From: Pseudomonadota bacterium
GTDB taxonomy: Bacteria > Desulfobacterota > Desulfobulbia > Desulfobulbales > Desulfobulbaceae
Assembly: GCA_009778235.1 (NCBI GenBank)
Contig: WRKE01000314.1
Span: 1-32,979 of the forward strand
DNA: 32,979 nt
Reading direction: 5' to 3'
The notes under the pieces were generated by a model that worked only from the letters and a program-made list of their open reading frames with translations, was not told where the DNA came from and searched no databases. The position numbers were made by a program, and so were the translations under genes. How positions within the stretch are numbered: position 1 is the stretch's first letter; each line of letters opens with the position of its first letter. This document shows positions 1-9,580 of this stretch, one piece after another.

Positions 1-298
1 CTGCAAGGCAATATACATTAATTACGATAAATCAACAATATAAATGTTTATGTGCGGGTGGCTATTGCAGTGATTTTTCGAGATTGACTCTCGTTGTCTT
101 TCCCGAAGAAGTCCGTTTATTACCCCGGTGGATAATTAGCTAAACCACCGCCAGACATGTCTTGATTAATTTAAACAAAAACGGATAGTTGTCCAAAGGC
201 AGATTGAAAGATGTTGAATCATGAAATCGCCGGAGTAATAACTTGCGGATTGAATCCGCTCACGGTTGAGGCAAGGAAAACACATCGAGGGAGAAACA

Positions 299-2269
299 AT
301 GAAGACACTTGGCACCCTGTTGAGCGAGTTGACCTACGACGACCTGGATCACTGGGCGGGCGAGACGATCCGGGGCCGGGGCAAGGCCTATATCAACCGG
401 GTGGCAGGGCTGCACCGCACCACCAGGGGCGAGTTGGCCGCCTGGGTTTCGGGGAGCGAAAACTACGCCACCCTGGTGCATCTCGATGAACAAGGGGAAT
501 ACGACTGGTTCTGCACCTGTCCTTATGGCAACGGCCCATGCAAGCACGCTGTGGCGGTGATCCTGGCGGCGGTCCGGCAGTGCAAACGCAAACGGGACAT
601 CCCTTTATTGAGCGAGGAGGACGAACTGCACCAGGTGCTGTTCAGCGATCTGGAGGACAAGCCGTACCGGGAGAGCGGCGAGTTGGCAAGCGTGCCCCAG
701 AGGGCCTTCGAAGGAGGCAAGCGGGAACACTCCAAGGTGCGCAAACTGCTGGCAGACAAGAGCCGGGAGGAGATGGTGGAGATGGTGGTCCGCCTGGCCG
801 CCTATTTTCCGGTGGTGGAGCGGGCCCTGCTGGAGGCCGAGCAATTGCGGAGCGGTCGAATTGAACCGCTGATACGGGCCCTGCGACAGGAAATCGGCAA
901 TCTGACCAAGGAACCCGCCTGGTCGAGCCCCTGGAGCGATGAGCGCGACATTCCCGATTATTCCCATGTCCACCAGCAGTTCGCCCTCCTGCTGGCCGCC
1001 GGCCATGCCGATGTCCTGCTGGAGCTGGGCGACGAGCTCTGGCGGCGGGGCAGCGAACAGGTCGAACAGTCAGACGACGAGGGTGAGACCGGCGAGGCCA
1101 TCGCCGGGTGTCTGGAAATCGTGTTCCACGCCCTGCCCGCCTCGTCCCTGGCCAAGGCGGAGCAGTTGCTGTGGGTGATCGACCGCCTGCTGGAAGACCA
1201 GTATAACCTGCTCCAGTCGGGCGAGAAGGTACTGGAAGACAAACGCTACGGCGAGGGCGACTGGCAACAGGTGGCTACGATCTTGGCAGGACGGGCGGAA
1301 ACGGCAAAAAAGGGCTCCCAGGCCACGACCTTTTCCGCCAGGCAACACCGGACCGGCTTGCAGGACCGGCTGGTCACCGCCTACCAACGCAGTAATCAAA
1401 CCGAAAAAATCGTGCCCTTGCTGGAGAAAGAGGTCGACCAGTTAGGCAACTATACTCAATTGACCGATCTGCTCATCAAGGCTGGCGATCTGGAGCGCGC
1501 CCGGCAGTGGTGCATCCACGGATTTGCCCGCTCCATCCAGCACCGGGCGGGTGATGCCGAGGGATTGCAGGAACGATTGCGCCGGATCGCCGAAACCCAG
1601 CAGCAGCATGGGCTGGTTGCCGCTTACCGGGCCGAGGATTTTTTCCATCGCCCCGGGCTGGAGGGTTACAAGGAGCTGCGCCGGGCAACGGAAAAACTCA
1701 CCAGCTGGCCAACGATCCGTGCCGGGGCGCTCGGCTATCTGGAGAGTGGCCGGCGGCCCGACGGATCAGCCAGAAAAGACGAGCCCCTGGCCTGGCCCCT
1801 GCCTGCGCCCGAGGTCCGCTATCCCCAGGAAAAGCCGAAGGGTGGCCCGACGGGCCGCTTTCCCAACCGGCCGGCATTGATCGACATCGCTATCTTCGAA
1901 AAACGGTTTGATGATGTCGTCGCCCTGTACCAGGCCATGGCCAAGGGATCGCTCGGGACCGCTGGGGTTGACGAAACCGTGGCCAAGGCCGTGGCCAAAA
2001 CCCACCCCGAGGCGGCCTTGGCCATCTGGCGTCGCCTGGTCGAGGGCCTGATTGCCCAGGTCAAACCCAAGGCCTATGCCGAGGCCGGCGGTTTTTTGCG
2101 GATGATGTACAAGGTGTTCAACGAGAGGCAACGCTTGGCCGAATGGGAGGCGCTGCTCGCCGAACTGCGGCGGACCCACAAGGCCAAGCGGCGGCTGCTG
2201 GACGTACTGGACTCCATAGGCACCAGCAGCAAAAAAATCATCGACGGGATCAAGGATGGTGAAAGTTGA
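299..2269 (+). CDS. SWIM zinc-finger domain protein with long alpha-helical C-terminal region
   Basis: ATG at 299 after GGAG. SWIM motif CxC-x6-CxH (FCTCPYGNGPCKHAVAV), preceded by the RGxxY motif typical of this family. The remaining ~550 aa look helical. Confidence 0.85.
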   Translation: MKTLGTLLSELTYDDLDHWAGETIRGRGKAYINRVAGLHRTTRGELAAWVSGSENYATLVHLDEQGEYDWFCTCPYGNGPCKHAVAVILAAVRQCKRKRDIPLLSEEDELHQVLFSDLEDKPYRESGELASVPQRAFEGGKREHSKVRKLLADKSREEMVEMVVRLAAYFPVVERALLEAEQLRSGRIEPLIRALRQEIGNLTKEPAWSSPWSDERDIPDYSHVHQQFALLLAAGHADVLLELGDELWRRGSEQVEQSDDEGETGEAIAGCLEIVFHALPASSLAKAEQLLWVIDRLLEDQYNLLQSGEKVLEDKRYGEGDWQQVATILAGRAETAKKGSQATTFSARQHRTGLQDRLVTAYQRSNQTEKIVPLLEKEVDQLGNYTQLTDLLIKAGDLERARQWCIHGFARSIQHRAGDAEGLQERLRRIAETQQQHGLVAAYRAEDFFHRPGLEGYKELRRATEKLTSWPTIRAGALGYLESGRRPDGSARKDEPLAWPLPAPEVRYPQEKPKGGPTGRFPNRPALIDIAIFEKRFDDVVALYQAMAKGSLGTAGVDETVAKAVAKTHPEAALAIWRRLVEGLIAQVKPKAYAEAGGFLRMMYKVFNERQRLAEWEALLAELRRTHKAKRRLLDVLDSIGTSSKKIIDGIKDGES

Positions 2270-2424
2270 TCAACCTGAGCCCGGCTGGGTTGCACGCCCA
2301 AAAAAAGTTTGACAGCTTGCGAAAAATATTGTGTTTATTATAAGTTATGTGCCAAAGGCTGTGCATTTCCTGTCCACCGTGAACCACCGGCCGGAATATT
2401 CCGGTCCCCACCGAGGAGGAGCAG

Positions 2425-2922
2425 ATGATTCCCGCGCCCAATATGCAGACCATTCTTTTTGCCACCGACCTGGGCGAGAATACCCGGGTAGTCTTCCGTA
2501 TGGCCGTGAGTCAGGCCCGCCGCTACAATGCCCGCCTGCTGATTCTGCATGTGGTCGAGCCGCTGGGCAGCACCGGCACGGCGATCATCGCCAACTATCT
2601 TTCCGGCATGGCCGCTGACCGGATCAATCAGGACATGGCCGAAGAGATCCTGGAGATCATGAAGCAACGGGTCGAAATCTTCACCCTGGAGGAAATGGCG
2701 GCCTTCGGCCTCGACTGGACACCGGTGACCGAGACCATGGTCACCGCCGGCAACCCCGCCGAGGAAATCCTGGAAACGGCAAAAAAATGCGGCGCAGGCA
2801 TGATTGTCATGGGCACCTCGACCCGCTCCTTTCTCGGCAACGCCCTCATGGGCACCACTGCCCGCCGTGTTTCCCGGCATACACCGGTGCCGGTCCTGCT
2901 GGTTCCCATGGTTGAGAAATAG
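2425..2922 (+). CDS. Universal stress protein (UspA family)
   Basis: ILFATDL N-terminus, LxILHVVEP, GNPAEEIL, MIVMG, G-T-T-A-R-R-V..PVPVLLVP; RBS GAGGAG before ATG. Confidence 0.93.
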   Translation: MIPAPNMQTILFATDLGENTRVVFRMAVSQARRYNARLLILHVVEPLGSTGTAIIANYLSGMAADRINQDMAEEILEIMKQRVEIFTLEEMAAFGLDWTPVTETMVTAGNPAEEILETAKKCGAGMIVMGTSTRSFLGNALMGTTARRVSRHTPVPVLLVPMVEK

Positions 2923-2947
2923 CCATTTCCGCGCCTGGCCGCATCAC

Positions 2948-2981
2948 CCCGGTTCCGCGCCCGCCGGAGCCGGGTTTTTTT
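2948..2981 (+). terminator. Rho-independent terminator after usp
   Basis: Stem CCCGGTTCCG / CGGAGCCGGG followed by T7. Confidence 0.8.
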
Positions 2982-3876
2982 ATTGCCGCCGCTTTGGCCG
3001 CCCAACCGGGGTGATCGCGGTCCAGAAGGCCTGGATCACCGGGTTGAGCAGATGCTTTTTCAGGGTGCAGGCGCCGATGATGAAGGGTGCAAGCTTTGAT
3101 TCGATCTCAACCAGACGCACCTGGTCCCGCAGTAAACTTTTTTCCAACACCAGTTCCGGCACCACCCCAACCCCGCAACCCAGACTGACCATGGCCAACA
3201 AGGCCTCATTGCCTGCCACTTCGGCATAGATATTGGGCCGAATGCTGTTGGTCCGGAACCAGCGGTCGATCCGTTCCCGGCTTAAACCCCGTTCGGCCAG
3301 GATGACCGGGATGTGCGCCCAGTCGATCTGATCGTCGCCGGGCGTGAGGAATTCGGCCCCGTCGGCCGGGGCGATGAACACCAGAGGGGTACGGGCCAGT
3401 TCGACGAAAACGACGGCGGCGGGCATGCGCTCAGGTAGGGCGGCGATGGTCACCTCTGCCTGGCGATTGTTGAGCCGGTCAAGCGCCTCAGCGGCGTCGC
3501 CGGTCTGCAGTTTGATCTGGACCCCGGGATGCATGCGGCGAAAGGACTTGAGGATGGGCGGCAGAATGGACATGGCAGCGGTGACCGAGCAGAACAGCGA
3601 GATTTCACCGCCCTGGATCTCGTTACCTGCGAGTTCCCGCTGCAGGGCCTGCCAGCGCTCCACCGCCTCCTCGGCATACTGCCTGAACACGGTGCCGGCC
3701 TGGGTGAGGGCCACGGTGCGATTGTCGCGCCGGAAAAGGGGCGTGCCCACCTGCTCCTCGATCCGCTGGATGGTGCGGGTCAAGGCCGAGGGGGTGAGGT
3801 GGCAAGCACGGCTGGTCCGGCCGAAATGAAGGGACTCGGCCAGGTGGCTGAAGATTTTGAGGGCGTGGATGTCCAT
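2980..3876 (-). CDS. ilvY: LysR-family transcriptional activator IlvY
   Basis: Starts MDIHALKIF..LHFGRTSRACHLTPSALTRTIQRIEE (LysR HTH); contains FCSVTA, LQTGDAA, IYAEVAGNEA motifs; divergent from ilvC. ATG at 3876 preferred over the 3990 extension. Confidence 0.93.
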   Translation of the reverse strand: MDIHALKIFSHLAESLHFGRTSRACHLTPSALTRTIQRIEEQVGTPLFRRDNRTVALTQAGTVFRQYAEEAVERWQALQRELAGNEIQGGEISLFCSVTAAMSILPPILKSFRRMHPGVQIKLQTGDAAEALDRLNNRQAEVTIAALPERMPAAVVFVELARTPLVFIAPADGAEFLTPGDDQIDWAHIPVILAERGLSRERIDRWFRTNSIRPNIYAEVAGNEALLAMVSLGCGVGVVPELVLEKSLLRDQVRLVEIESKLAPFIIGACTLKKHLLNPVIQAFWTAITPVGRPKRRQ

Positions 3877-3940
3877 AAAAATTGCGGAAAGAAGATAGGT
3901 TCCGTGGTATGAGACAAACCGGTGTCCATCATGGGCTCGT

Positions 3941-3988
3941 GTTGCATTTTTTGCAACAACGAATTGCAAACAAATCACTTTTCGCAAC
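3941..3988. promoter_or_regulatory. Tandem IlvY-type operators O1 (3941-3957) and O2 (3972-3988)
   Basis: O1 is GTTGCA-TTTTT-TGCAAC (perfect dyad); O2 is the degenerate AAATCACTTTTCGCAAC. Centres are 31 bp apart, between ilvY and ilvC. Confidence 0.75.
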
Positions 3989-4158
3989 AAAAATTTCGGT
4001 TATGGTGAAGGAAAAATAAATCCGGCGCGGTGACCGCCGGGCATGGCCACTGTCCGGGCCACCGGGGCGATATGCGCCGGCCCCCTCCAACCGCTCTACC
4101 CCGGCCCGGTGACCCGCGGCCTGACAATCTTTGATCCAACCACCCCAACAAGAGAGGA

Positions 4159-5640
4159 ATGATCATGGGACAAAACTACTTCAATACCCTGCCGTTGCGC
4201 CTGCAGCTAGAGGAATTGGGCAAATGCCGCTTCATGGACGCCGCTGAATTCGCCGATGGCGTGGGCAAGCTCAAAAACAAAAAAATCGTCATCGTCGGCT
4301 GCGGCGCCCAGGGGTTGCATCAGGGGCTCAATCTGCGCGATTCCGGCCTGGACGTCTCCTACGCCCTGCGTGACTCCGCCATCGCCGAGAAGCGCCAGAG
4401 CTGGAAAAATGCCACCAGCAACGGCTTTGCAGTTGGCAACTACCAACAGATGATCCCCACCGCCGACCTGGTGATCAATCTCACCCCGGACAAACAGCAC
4501 ACCAAGGTCGTCACCGCGGTCATGCCGCTGATGAAGAAGGGGGCCTGCCTTTCCTATTCGCACGGTTTCAACATCGTTGAGGAAGGCATGCAGATCCGCG
4601 AGGATTTGACCGTGATCATGGTGGCGCCGAAATCACCTGGAACCGAAGTGCGCGAAGAATATAAGCGCGGTTTCGGCGTGCCCACCCTGATCGCGGTCCA
4701 CCGCGAAAACGACCCCAAGGGCGAAGGCTGGGATATCGCCAAGGCCTATGCCGCCGGGACCGGTGGCCACCGGGCCGGTGTTCTGGAGTCCTCCTTTGTC
4801 GCCGAGGTCAAGAGCGACCTGATGGGTGAACAAACCATCCTCTGCGGCATGCTCCAGGCCGGCAGTCTGCTCTGCTTCAACAAGATGGTCAAACAGGGGA
4901 TCAACCCCGGTTTCGCCACCAAGCTGATCCAGTACGGCTGGGAGACCATTACCGAGGCGCTCAAACACGGCGGCATCACCAACATGATGGACCGGCTTTC
5001 CAATCCTGCCAAGATCCGCGCCTACATGCTCTCCGAGGAGATCAAGGAGATCCTGACCCCGCTGTTTGAAAAGCACATGGACGACATCATGTCCGGCACC
5101 TTTTCCAAGACCATGATGAAGGACTGGGCCAACAGCGACAAGAAACTGCTCGGCTGGCGCGCCAAGACCGCGGAAACCGCCTTTGAGAAGACCCGAGCCG
5201 CCGAGGTGGAGATCAAGGAGCAGGAGTATTTCGACAGGGGCATCCTCATGGTGGCCATGATCAAGGCGGGCGTGGAGTTGGCTTTCGACACCATGGTGGC
5301 CTCCGGCATCAAGGAGGAATCAGCCTATTACGAGAGCCTGCACGAGGTGCCGCTGATCGCCAATCTGATCGCCCGCAAGAAGCTCTATGAGATGAACGTG
5401 GTCATTTCCGACACCGCCGAGTATGGCTGCTACCTGTTCGCCCATCAGGCGGTGCCGCTGCTGGCCGATTTCATGAAGTCCATTGATACCGATGTGATCG
5501 GCAAAGGGCTGGATGCGGCCGACACCTCGGTGGACAATATCGAGCTGATCGGGGTCAACGGTGCCATCCGCTACACCCTGGTCGAGCAGGTGGGTGAGGA
5601 GCTGCGCTCCCACATGGGGGCGATGAAGCCGATCATCTGA
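4159..5640 (+). CDS. ilvC: Ketol-acid reductoisomerase, long (class II) form
   Basis: NYFNTL start, GCGAQG nucleotide-binding motif, [15 protein letters not shown], duplicated C-terminal knot ([17 protein letters not shown]); ~490 aa. Start is 4159 or 4165. Confidence 0.98.
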   Translation: MIMGQNYFNTLPLRLQLEELGKCRFMDAAEFADGVGKLKNKKIVIVGCGAQGLHQGLNLRDSGLDVSYALRDSAIAEKRQSWKNATSNGFAVGNYQQMIPTADLVINLTPDKQHTKVVTAVMPLMKKGACLSYSHGFNIVEEGMQIREDLTVIMVAPKSPGTEVREEYKRGFGVPTLIAVHRENDPKGEGWDIAKAYAAGTGGHRAGVLESSFVAEVKSDLMGEQTILCGMLQAGSLLCFNKMVKQGINPGFATKLIQYGWETITEALKHGGITNMMDRLSNPAKIRAYMLSEEIKEILTPLFEKHMDDIMSGTFSKTMMKDWANSDKKLLGWRAKTAETAFEKTRAAEVEIKEQEYFDRGILMVAMIKAGVELAFDTMVASGIKEESAYYESLHEVPLIANLIARKKLYEMNVVISDTAEYGCYLFAHQAVPLLADFMKSIDTDVIGKGLDAADTSVDNIELIGVNGAIRYTLVEQVGEELRSHMGAMKPII

Positions 5641-5673
5641 AGGCCTGGACGCGATCTTCTGAGGTTCTGCCCA

Positions 5674-5719
5674 AATAAAAGAATCCCCTCGGCCCATCGG
5701 ACCGGGGGATTCTTTTATT
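5674..5719. terminator. Bidirectional intrinsic terminator between ilvC and the convergent receiver gene
   Basis: AATAAAAGAATCCCC ... GGGGATTCTTTTATT, a perfect 15-bp inverted repeat with A/T tails on both sides. Confidence 0.88.
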
Positions 5720-5825
5720 GGAGCGATGCAATGGTGCCGGATAGCGCGGGGGCAAGAACGGTCGGGTTGGCGCTGCCACGCTTCGCGGCAACGATCAAAA
5801 AACGAGGGCCAATGTGTTTTGTGCT

Positions 5826-6296
5826 CTAAGACGTGCGCTTGGCTTGGGGCACAACGGCTGGCGTTGCCGGGATCAGGAGGGCGTCCTCCTGATTGATCAG
5901 GGCTTTCTGGGCAGCCAGTTCGATCTTTTCGATCAACTCCCGGATATCGATGGGCTTAAGGCAGTAATCAAAGGCACCGCTTTCCATGCCCTCGATCCCC
6001 GACTTAACCGAGGCATGGCCAGTCAGGATGACCACCTCGCTCAAGGGCCAGCGTTCCTTGACCTTGCGGAGGCACTGGATGCCGTCCATTTCGGGCATGT
6101 TCATGTCCATGATCACCACCTCGGCGTTTTGGGCCTCCAGGAGGTCCAATGCGTCGAGACAGCACACCGACACGCTGTGGCGGATACCAATCCGTTCCAG
6201 ATGCCTCTGCATGACCCCCTTGAACTCAAGGTCGTCGTCCACCAGCAGCAGGTGAATTTTGAGCGCCGCTTCGAGCTGGACGGTCTGTTCAGTCAT
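5826..6296 (-). CDS. Single-domain response regulator (NtrC/CheY-like receiver)
   Basis: LLLVDDD, VVIMDMNMPEMDG (phospho-Asp), ILTGHAS, AFDYCLKP; no output domain. ATG at 6296 overlaps the upstream gene by 8 bp. Confidence 0.92.
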   Translation of the reverse strand: MTEQTVQLEAALKIHLLLVDDDLEFKGVMQRHLERIGIRHSVSVCCLDALDLLEAQNAEVVIMDMNMPEMDGIQCLRKVKERWPLSEVVILTGHASVKSGIEGMESGAFDYCLKPIDIRELIEKIELAAQKALINQEDALLIPATPAVVPQAKRTS

Positions 6297-8802
6297 GGTG
6301 CAGCATTTCCTTAATTTCGCAAATAATTTTGTCGCGGCACAACCACAACCCCCCGGCATCGGCTCTCTCCGCATCCAGTCCTCGGATACGGATGGCGAGG
6401 TAGCCCAGAGTCTTGAGCCGGTCAAAAAGCTCCACATCGGACTCCTGATCCATCCAAGCGAAGAGGGCACCGCCAACCCGGTTGATCCGATAGCCGAAAT
6501 GGTCCAGGAGCTGGGCCAGCAGCTCAAGCCGCCAGGTTTGCCGAGGGCTGCCCGCGGCCCGGAAGGTGATGGAGCCGGCCCCACGTTGGTCATCAAACAT
6601 GGCCTCGACCATGACCGGCTGGCGGTCAAGCTGTATGCTAAGATTACAATACTTTTGCGAAATAAGGAAATAATTCTTCTCCCGCGAGAAGGGTGCTCGG
6701 ATCAGATCGAAGCCGCGCCGCACCCCGGCCCGGATGAGCGCAGCCGCCGCTGTCTGTCGCCGGGAGAAGGCCGGTTTTTGCCCTGACACGTGCTGCATGC
6801 CTCCCCAGAGGGCGTGCGGCAGGGGACTGGCTATGTCGGTCAACTCAATGTCCGGGCGATGGTCATCGTCACCGGGAGCCTCGTCCAGATCGATCGCCCA
6901 CCATTGACCCGGCAGGGTGGAACGCAACCGCTTGGCCGCCTTGCCCTGACCAGAGCGGAGGCTGAATTCGAACATCCTCCTCACCGCTTGCCCATGGCAA
7001 AGCCGCATGATGTCGTGCAGGGTCTGGCAGTGGACGGTTCGAAAATCCGCTGGGCAGGGATCAAGCAGAGTAAGCGGACTGATCAGGGCGAGCGCCGAAG
7101 CCAGGGTGCGCTGGACCGGGCTGCCAGCCATGGGATCGGGGCGGTCGACCGTCGGGCGCAACAGGGGTTCGACCCGGCCTTGGTAGACGGCCCGGCCGGT
7201 CGCATCAACGGTGACCGGGGTGCCTGCGGCCAACAGCTCGGTGGCCCGCTCCATGGCCATCAGGCACGGCAGGCCGAATTCGCGGGCCTGGGCGGCCAGA
7301 TGGCAGGCCTGATTGCCGGTCTCGGCCACCAGGGCCACGGCCCGATGCAGCAGCGGGGCTAACGAAGGCAGGGGGTGCCGGACCACCAGCACGGCCCGCC
7401 GGGGGCAGTGCAGCGCCTCTTGCATGGTGCGGACCACGAAGACCTCCCCATAACCAGCGCCGTCGCAGCCGGTCACCCCACCGTGGAGCAGCGGCTGGCC
7501 AGCCACCACGGGCGGCGATGGTGCCACAGAGGCCCGCGGGACGGCGGCGGGACGGCTTTGGAGCACGAACAGGCTTCCAGTCCGATCAATCGACCATTCG
7601 ATCTCCCGGGGTGCGCCGAAATGATGCTCCAGCCGCATGCCAGCTTCGGCCAGGGCGATCGCCTCGACGTCGGTCAACCATGGCCGGGTTGCATCCTCGG
7701 CCTCCTGCCGGCGGACGATCCGGTGCGGTGGCAGGCGTGAAAGCCGCAAATGCCCGACGGAACGGGTGGATTCGACAATACCCTTGGCCATGCCGGGGGC
7801 ATAAAACAGATCCAAGGTGTCACCCGGTCCATCGATGGAACAGGTATGGCAGATACCGCTCACCGCTGCCTCGACCATGGCCAGCACTCCAATGCCCATG
7901 GCGCATCGTTCGTGAAGTAAGCCCTTGGCCAGCCGGTACGAAATGGCCTGCGGTGTGTACTTCGAGGCCAGCACAGTTTTGCAGGCATCGATCAGACGGT
8001 CGCGGCCGACATCGAGTTCGGTATGATAGAGTCCGGTAAAGAAACTCCGATCAAACTCCTCACCAATGGCGCTGGAGCGGACCGCCACCCGGCATGCAGG
8101 CCCGGCTCCGGTCAACCGGTCGAACCGGTCGAGCAGCAGGGTTTCCAGTTCCGGCGCCATCGGAGCGGTCTGGATCAATTCTTGGATCGAGGCACTCTTG
8201 CTGTACAGATCCGAAAGCTCATCGACCTCCGTCTGCTGGAGGATATGATTGATTTTACGATACAGTTGATTGCGCTGGAAAAAGAGGTCCGTGGCAGCGG
8301 CGGTCAGCACGAATCCCGGCGGGATGCGAATATTGGTGATGGCCCCGGCCTCCGCCAGGCTGGCCATCTTTTCTCCGGTCAAACTGGTCAGGGTTCGGTT
8401 GATCTGGGCCAGGTCAAGGAGCATCTCGCCCGCAACCGGTTGCCGCTCGCCCTCCAGGATGGCCTCAATGCGCTGCCGTAATCGGGAGAAGGCGCGTTCC
8501 AGCTCGCTGTCGCGGCGATCGGCTATCTGGCCTTGATGGCGGATGACCTTGAAGACATTGACCGTCACCTGGGTGCAGCGGGCCCGGATGAAGGACATGG
8601 ACAGGGGGCGGCCGTCTTCCCAAGCGGCCTCCAGCTCGGCCATGGCCTTCCGGGCGCAGGCAAAGGCAACCAACAGGTCACGAAAGCTGCGGCTATGGGC
8701 GACGAGCAGGCGGTGCGCCGGTTCGGAGTTCAGGAGGGGGACGGTGGCGCCAGGCAGCCGTAACCGCCGCAGCAAGGTGAGAATCCGGTCGAGCAGGGGC
8801 AT
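6289..8802 (-). CDS. PEP-synthase/PPDK-like protein: ATP-grasp (PEP/pyruvate-binding) domain + PEP-utilising mobile phospho-His domain + unknown C-terminal domain
   Basis: GEKMASL, IPPGFVLT, VAVRSSA, EIEWS, LQSRP (nucleotide-binding domain); AETGNQACHLAAQAREFGLP and VTVDA (His swivel domain). No recognisable pyruvate-binding TIM barrel. Confidence 0.85.
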   Translation of the reverse strand: MPLLDRILTLLRRLRLPGATVPLLNSEPAHRLLVAHSRSFRDLLVAFACARKAMAELEAAWEDGRPLSMSFIRARCTQVTVNVFKVIRHQGQIADRRDSELERAFSRLRQRIEAILEGERQPVAGEMLLDLAQINRTLTSLTGEKMASLAEAGAITNIRIPPGFVLTAAATDLFFQRNQLYRKINHILQQTEVDELSDLYSKSASIQELIQTAPMAPELETLLLDRFDRLTGAGPACRVAVRSSAIGEEFDRSFFTGLYHTELDVGRDRLIDACKTVLASKYTPQAISYRLAKGLLHERCAMGIGVLAMVEAAVSGICHTCSIDGPGDTLDLFYAPGMAKGIVESTRSVGHLRLSRLPPHRIVRRQEAEDATRPWLTDVEAIALAEAGMRLEHHFGAPREIEWSIDRTGSLFVLQSRPAAVPRASVAPSPPVVAGQPLLHGGVTGCDGAGYGEVFVVRTMQEALHCPRRAVLVVRHPLPSLAPLLHRAVALVAETGNQACHLAAQAREFGLPCLMAMERATELLAAGTPVTVDATGRAVYQGRVEPLLRPTVDRPDPMAGSPVQRTLASALALISPLTLLDPCPADFRTVHCQTLHDIMRLCHGQAVRRMFEFSLRSGQGKAAKRLRSTLPGQWWAIDLDEAPGDDDHRPDIELTDIASPLPHALWGGMQHVSGQKPAFSRRQTAAAALIRAGVRRGFDLIRAPFSREKNYFLISQKYCNLSIQLDRQPVMVEAMFDDQRGAGSITFRAAGSPRQTWRLELLAQLLDHFGYRINRVGGALFAWMDQESDVELFDRLKTLGYLAIRIRGLDAERADAGGLWLCRDKIICEIKEMLHHD

Positions 8803-8812
8803 GGCGAACTGG

Positions 8813-8854
8813 AAAAAAAGGGGCCGCGAAGAAGTGAAAACTCCCTCGCGGCCC
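8813..8854 (-). terminator. Intrinsic terminator between the membrane-protein gene and the PEP-synthase-like gene
   Basis: Minus strand reads GGGCCGCGA...TCGCGGCCC followed by CTTTTTTT. Confidence 0.75.
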
Positions 8855-8877
8855 TGGATACGGGACGGATTTAAGGA

Positions 8878-9579
8878 TCAGTGATCAAGCTTGATGCCCA
8901 ATCCTTCGAAGAGGAACAGCAGACCAAAACCATACCACACGGTGTAGATGACATAGAAGGCAAGGGCGGCAGCCAACATCACCATCTCCTCCTTCACCGG
9001 CTTGGCCTCGATCTGATAGAAGTTGTACGCCGGCTCGACAGCCTTGGACATACAATTCTTGACGAATTTTGCTTGTTCGGCCTGGCCGGCCTTACCGATA
9101 TCCTTCTCCATGGCCCCTAGAAACTGGTACCAGGTAAAGATGGACTGCCGTTCGTCAATGCCATACTTCGCACTCAGAGCCTTGCCGTCGTTTTTGTACA
9201 GCAGATCGGCATCCTTGAGCGCGAGCGTAAGCGTGGCGCCTAAATCACCGCTGACCTTTACCTTGTCGCCATCGACGGCGGCGGCCATCTGGTTGGCGGC
9301 GAACATTTTCTCCGCGACCACGGCTTCCGCGGCGGATTTCGCCTTCAATGTGGCGGTGAATTGCTGGCCATTGTACTTCTCAGCTTTCTTGATCTGATCA
9401 GGGATGTAATAGGCCGAGCTTTTGGCCAACTGGTTGAAAAAGTTGTCGAGATAATCAAGACCATTGACCTTCGGCCCCACAGCGTTGGGAAAGACTGGCA
9501 TGAAGATCACAACGAGAACCGCGAAGAATGTAACCAACAGGAATATTCCTGTGGTTTTGAGTTGTGCTGGGCTTGCCAT
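8878..9579 (-). CDS. Conserved membrane protein (N- and C-terminal TM helices around a soluble domain), probable partner of the TauE/SafE protein
   Basis: Hydrophobic N-terminal (GIFLLVTFFAVLVVIF) and C-terminal (LAFYVIYTVWYGFGLLFLFEGLG) segments; starts 1 bp after the TSUP stop, with GGAGG RBS. Confidence 0.75.
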   Translation of the reverse strand: MASPAQLKTTGIFLLVTFFAVLVVIFMPVFPNAVGPKVNGLDYLDNFFNQLAKSSAYYIPDQIKKAEKYNGQQFTATLKAKSAAEAVVAEKMFAANQMAAAVDGDKVKVSGDLGATLTLALKDADLLYKNDGKALSAKYGIDERQSIFTWYQFLGAMEKDIGKAGQAEQAKFVKNCMSKAVEPAYNFYQIEAKPVKEEMVMLAAALAFYVIYTVWYGFGLLFLFEGLGIKLDH

Positions 9580-9580
9580 A

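Noticed and set aside
2309-2341. sigma70 promoter for usp (TTGACA ... TATTAT)
   Set aside because: The two best hexamers are 21 bp apart; a promoter is likely here but cannot be placed.
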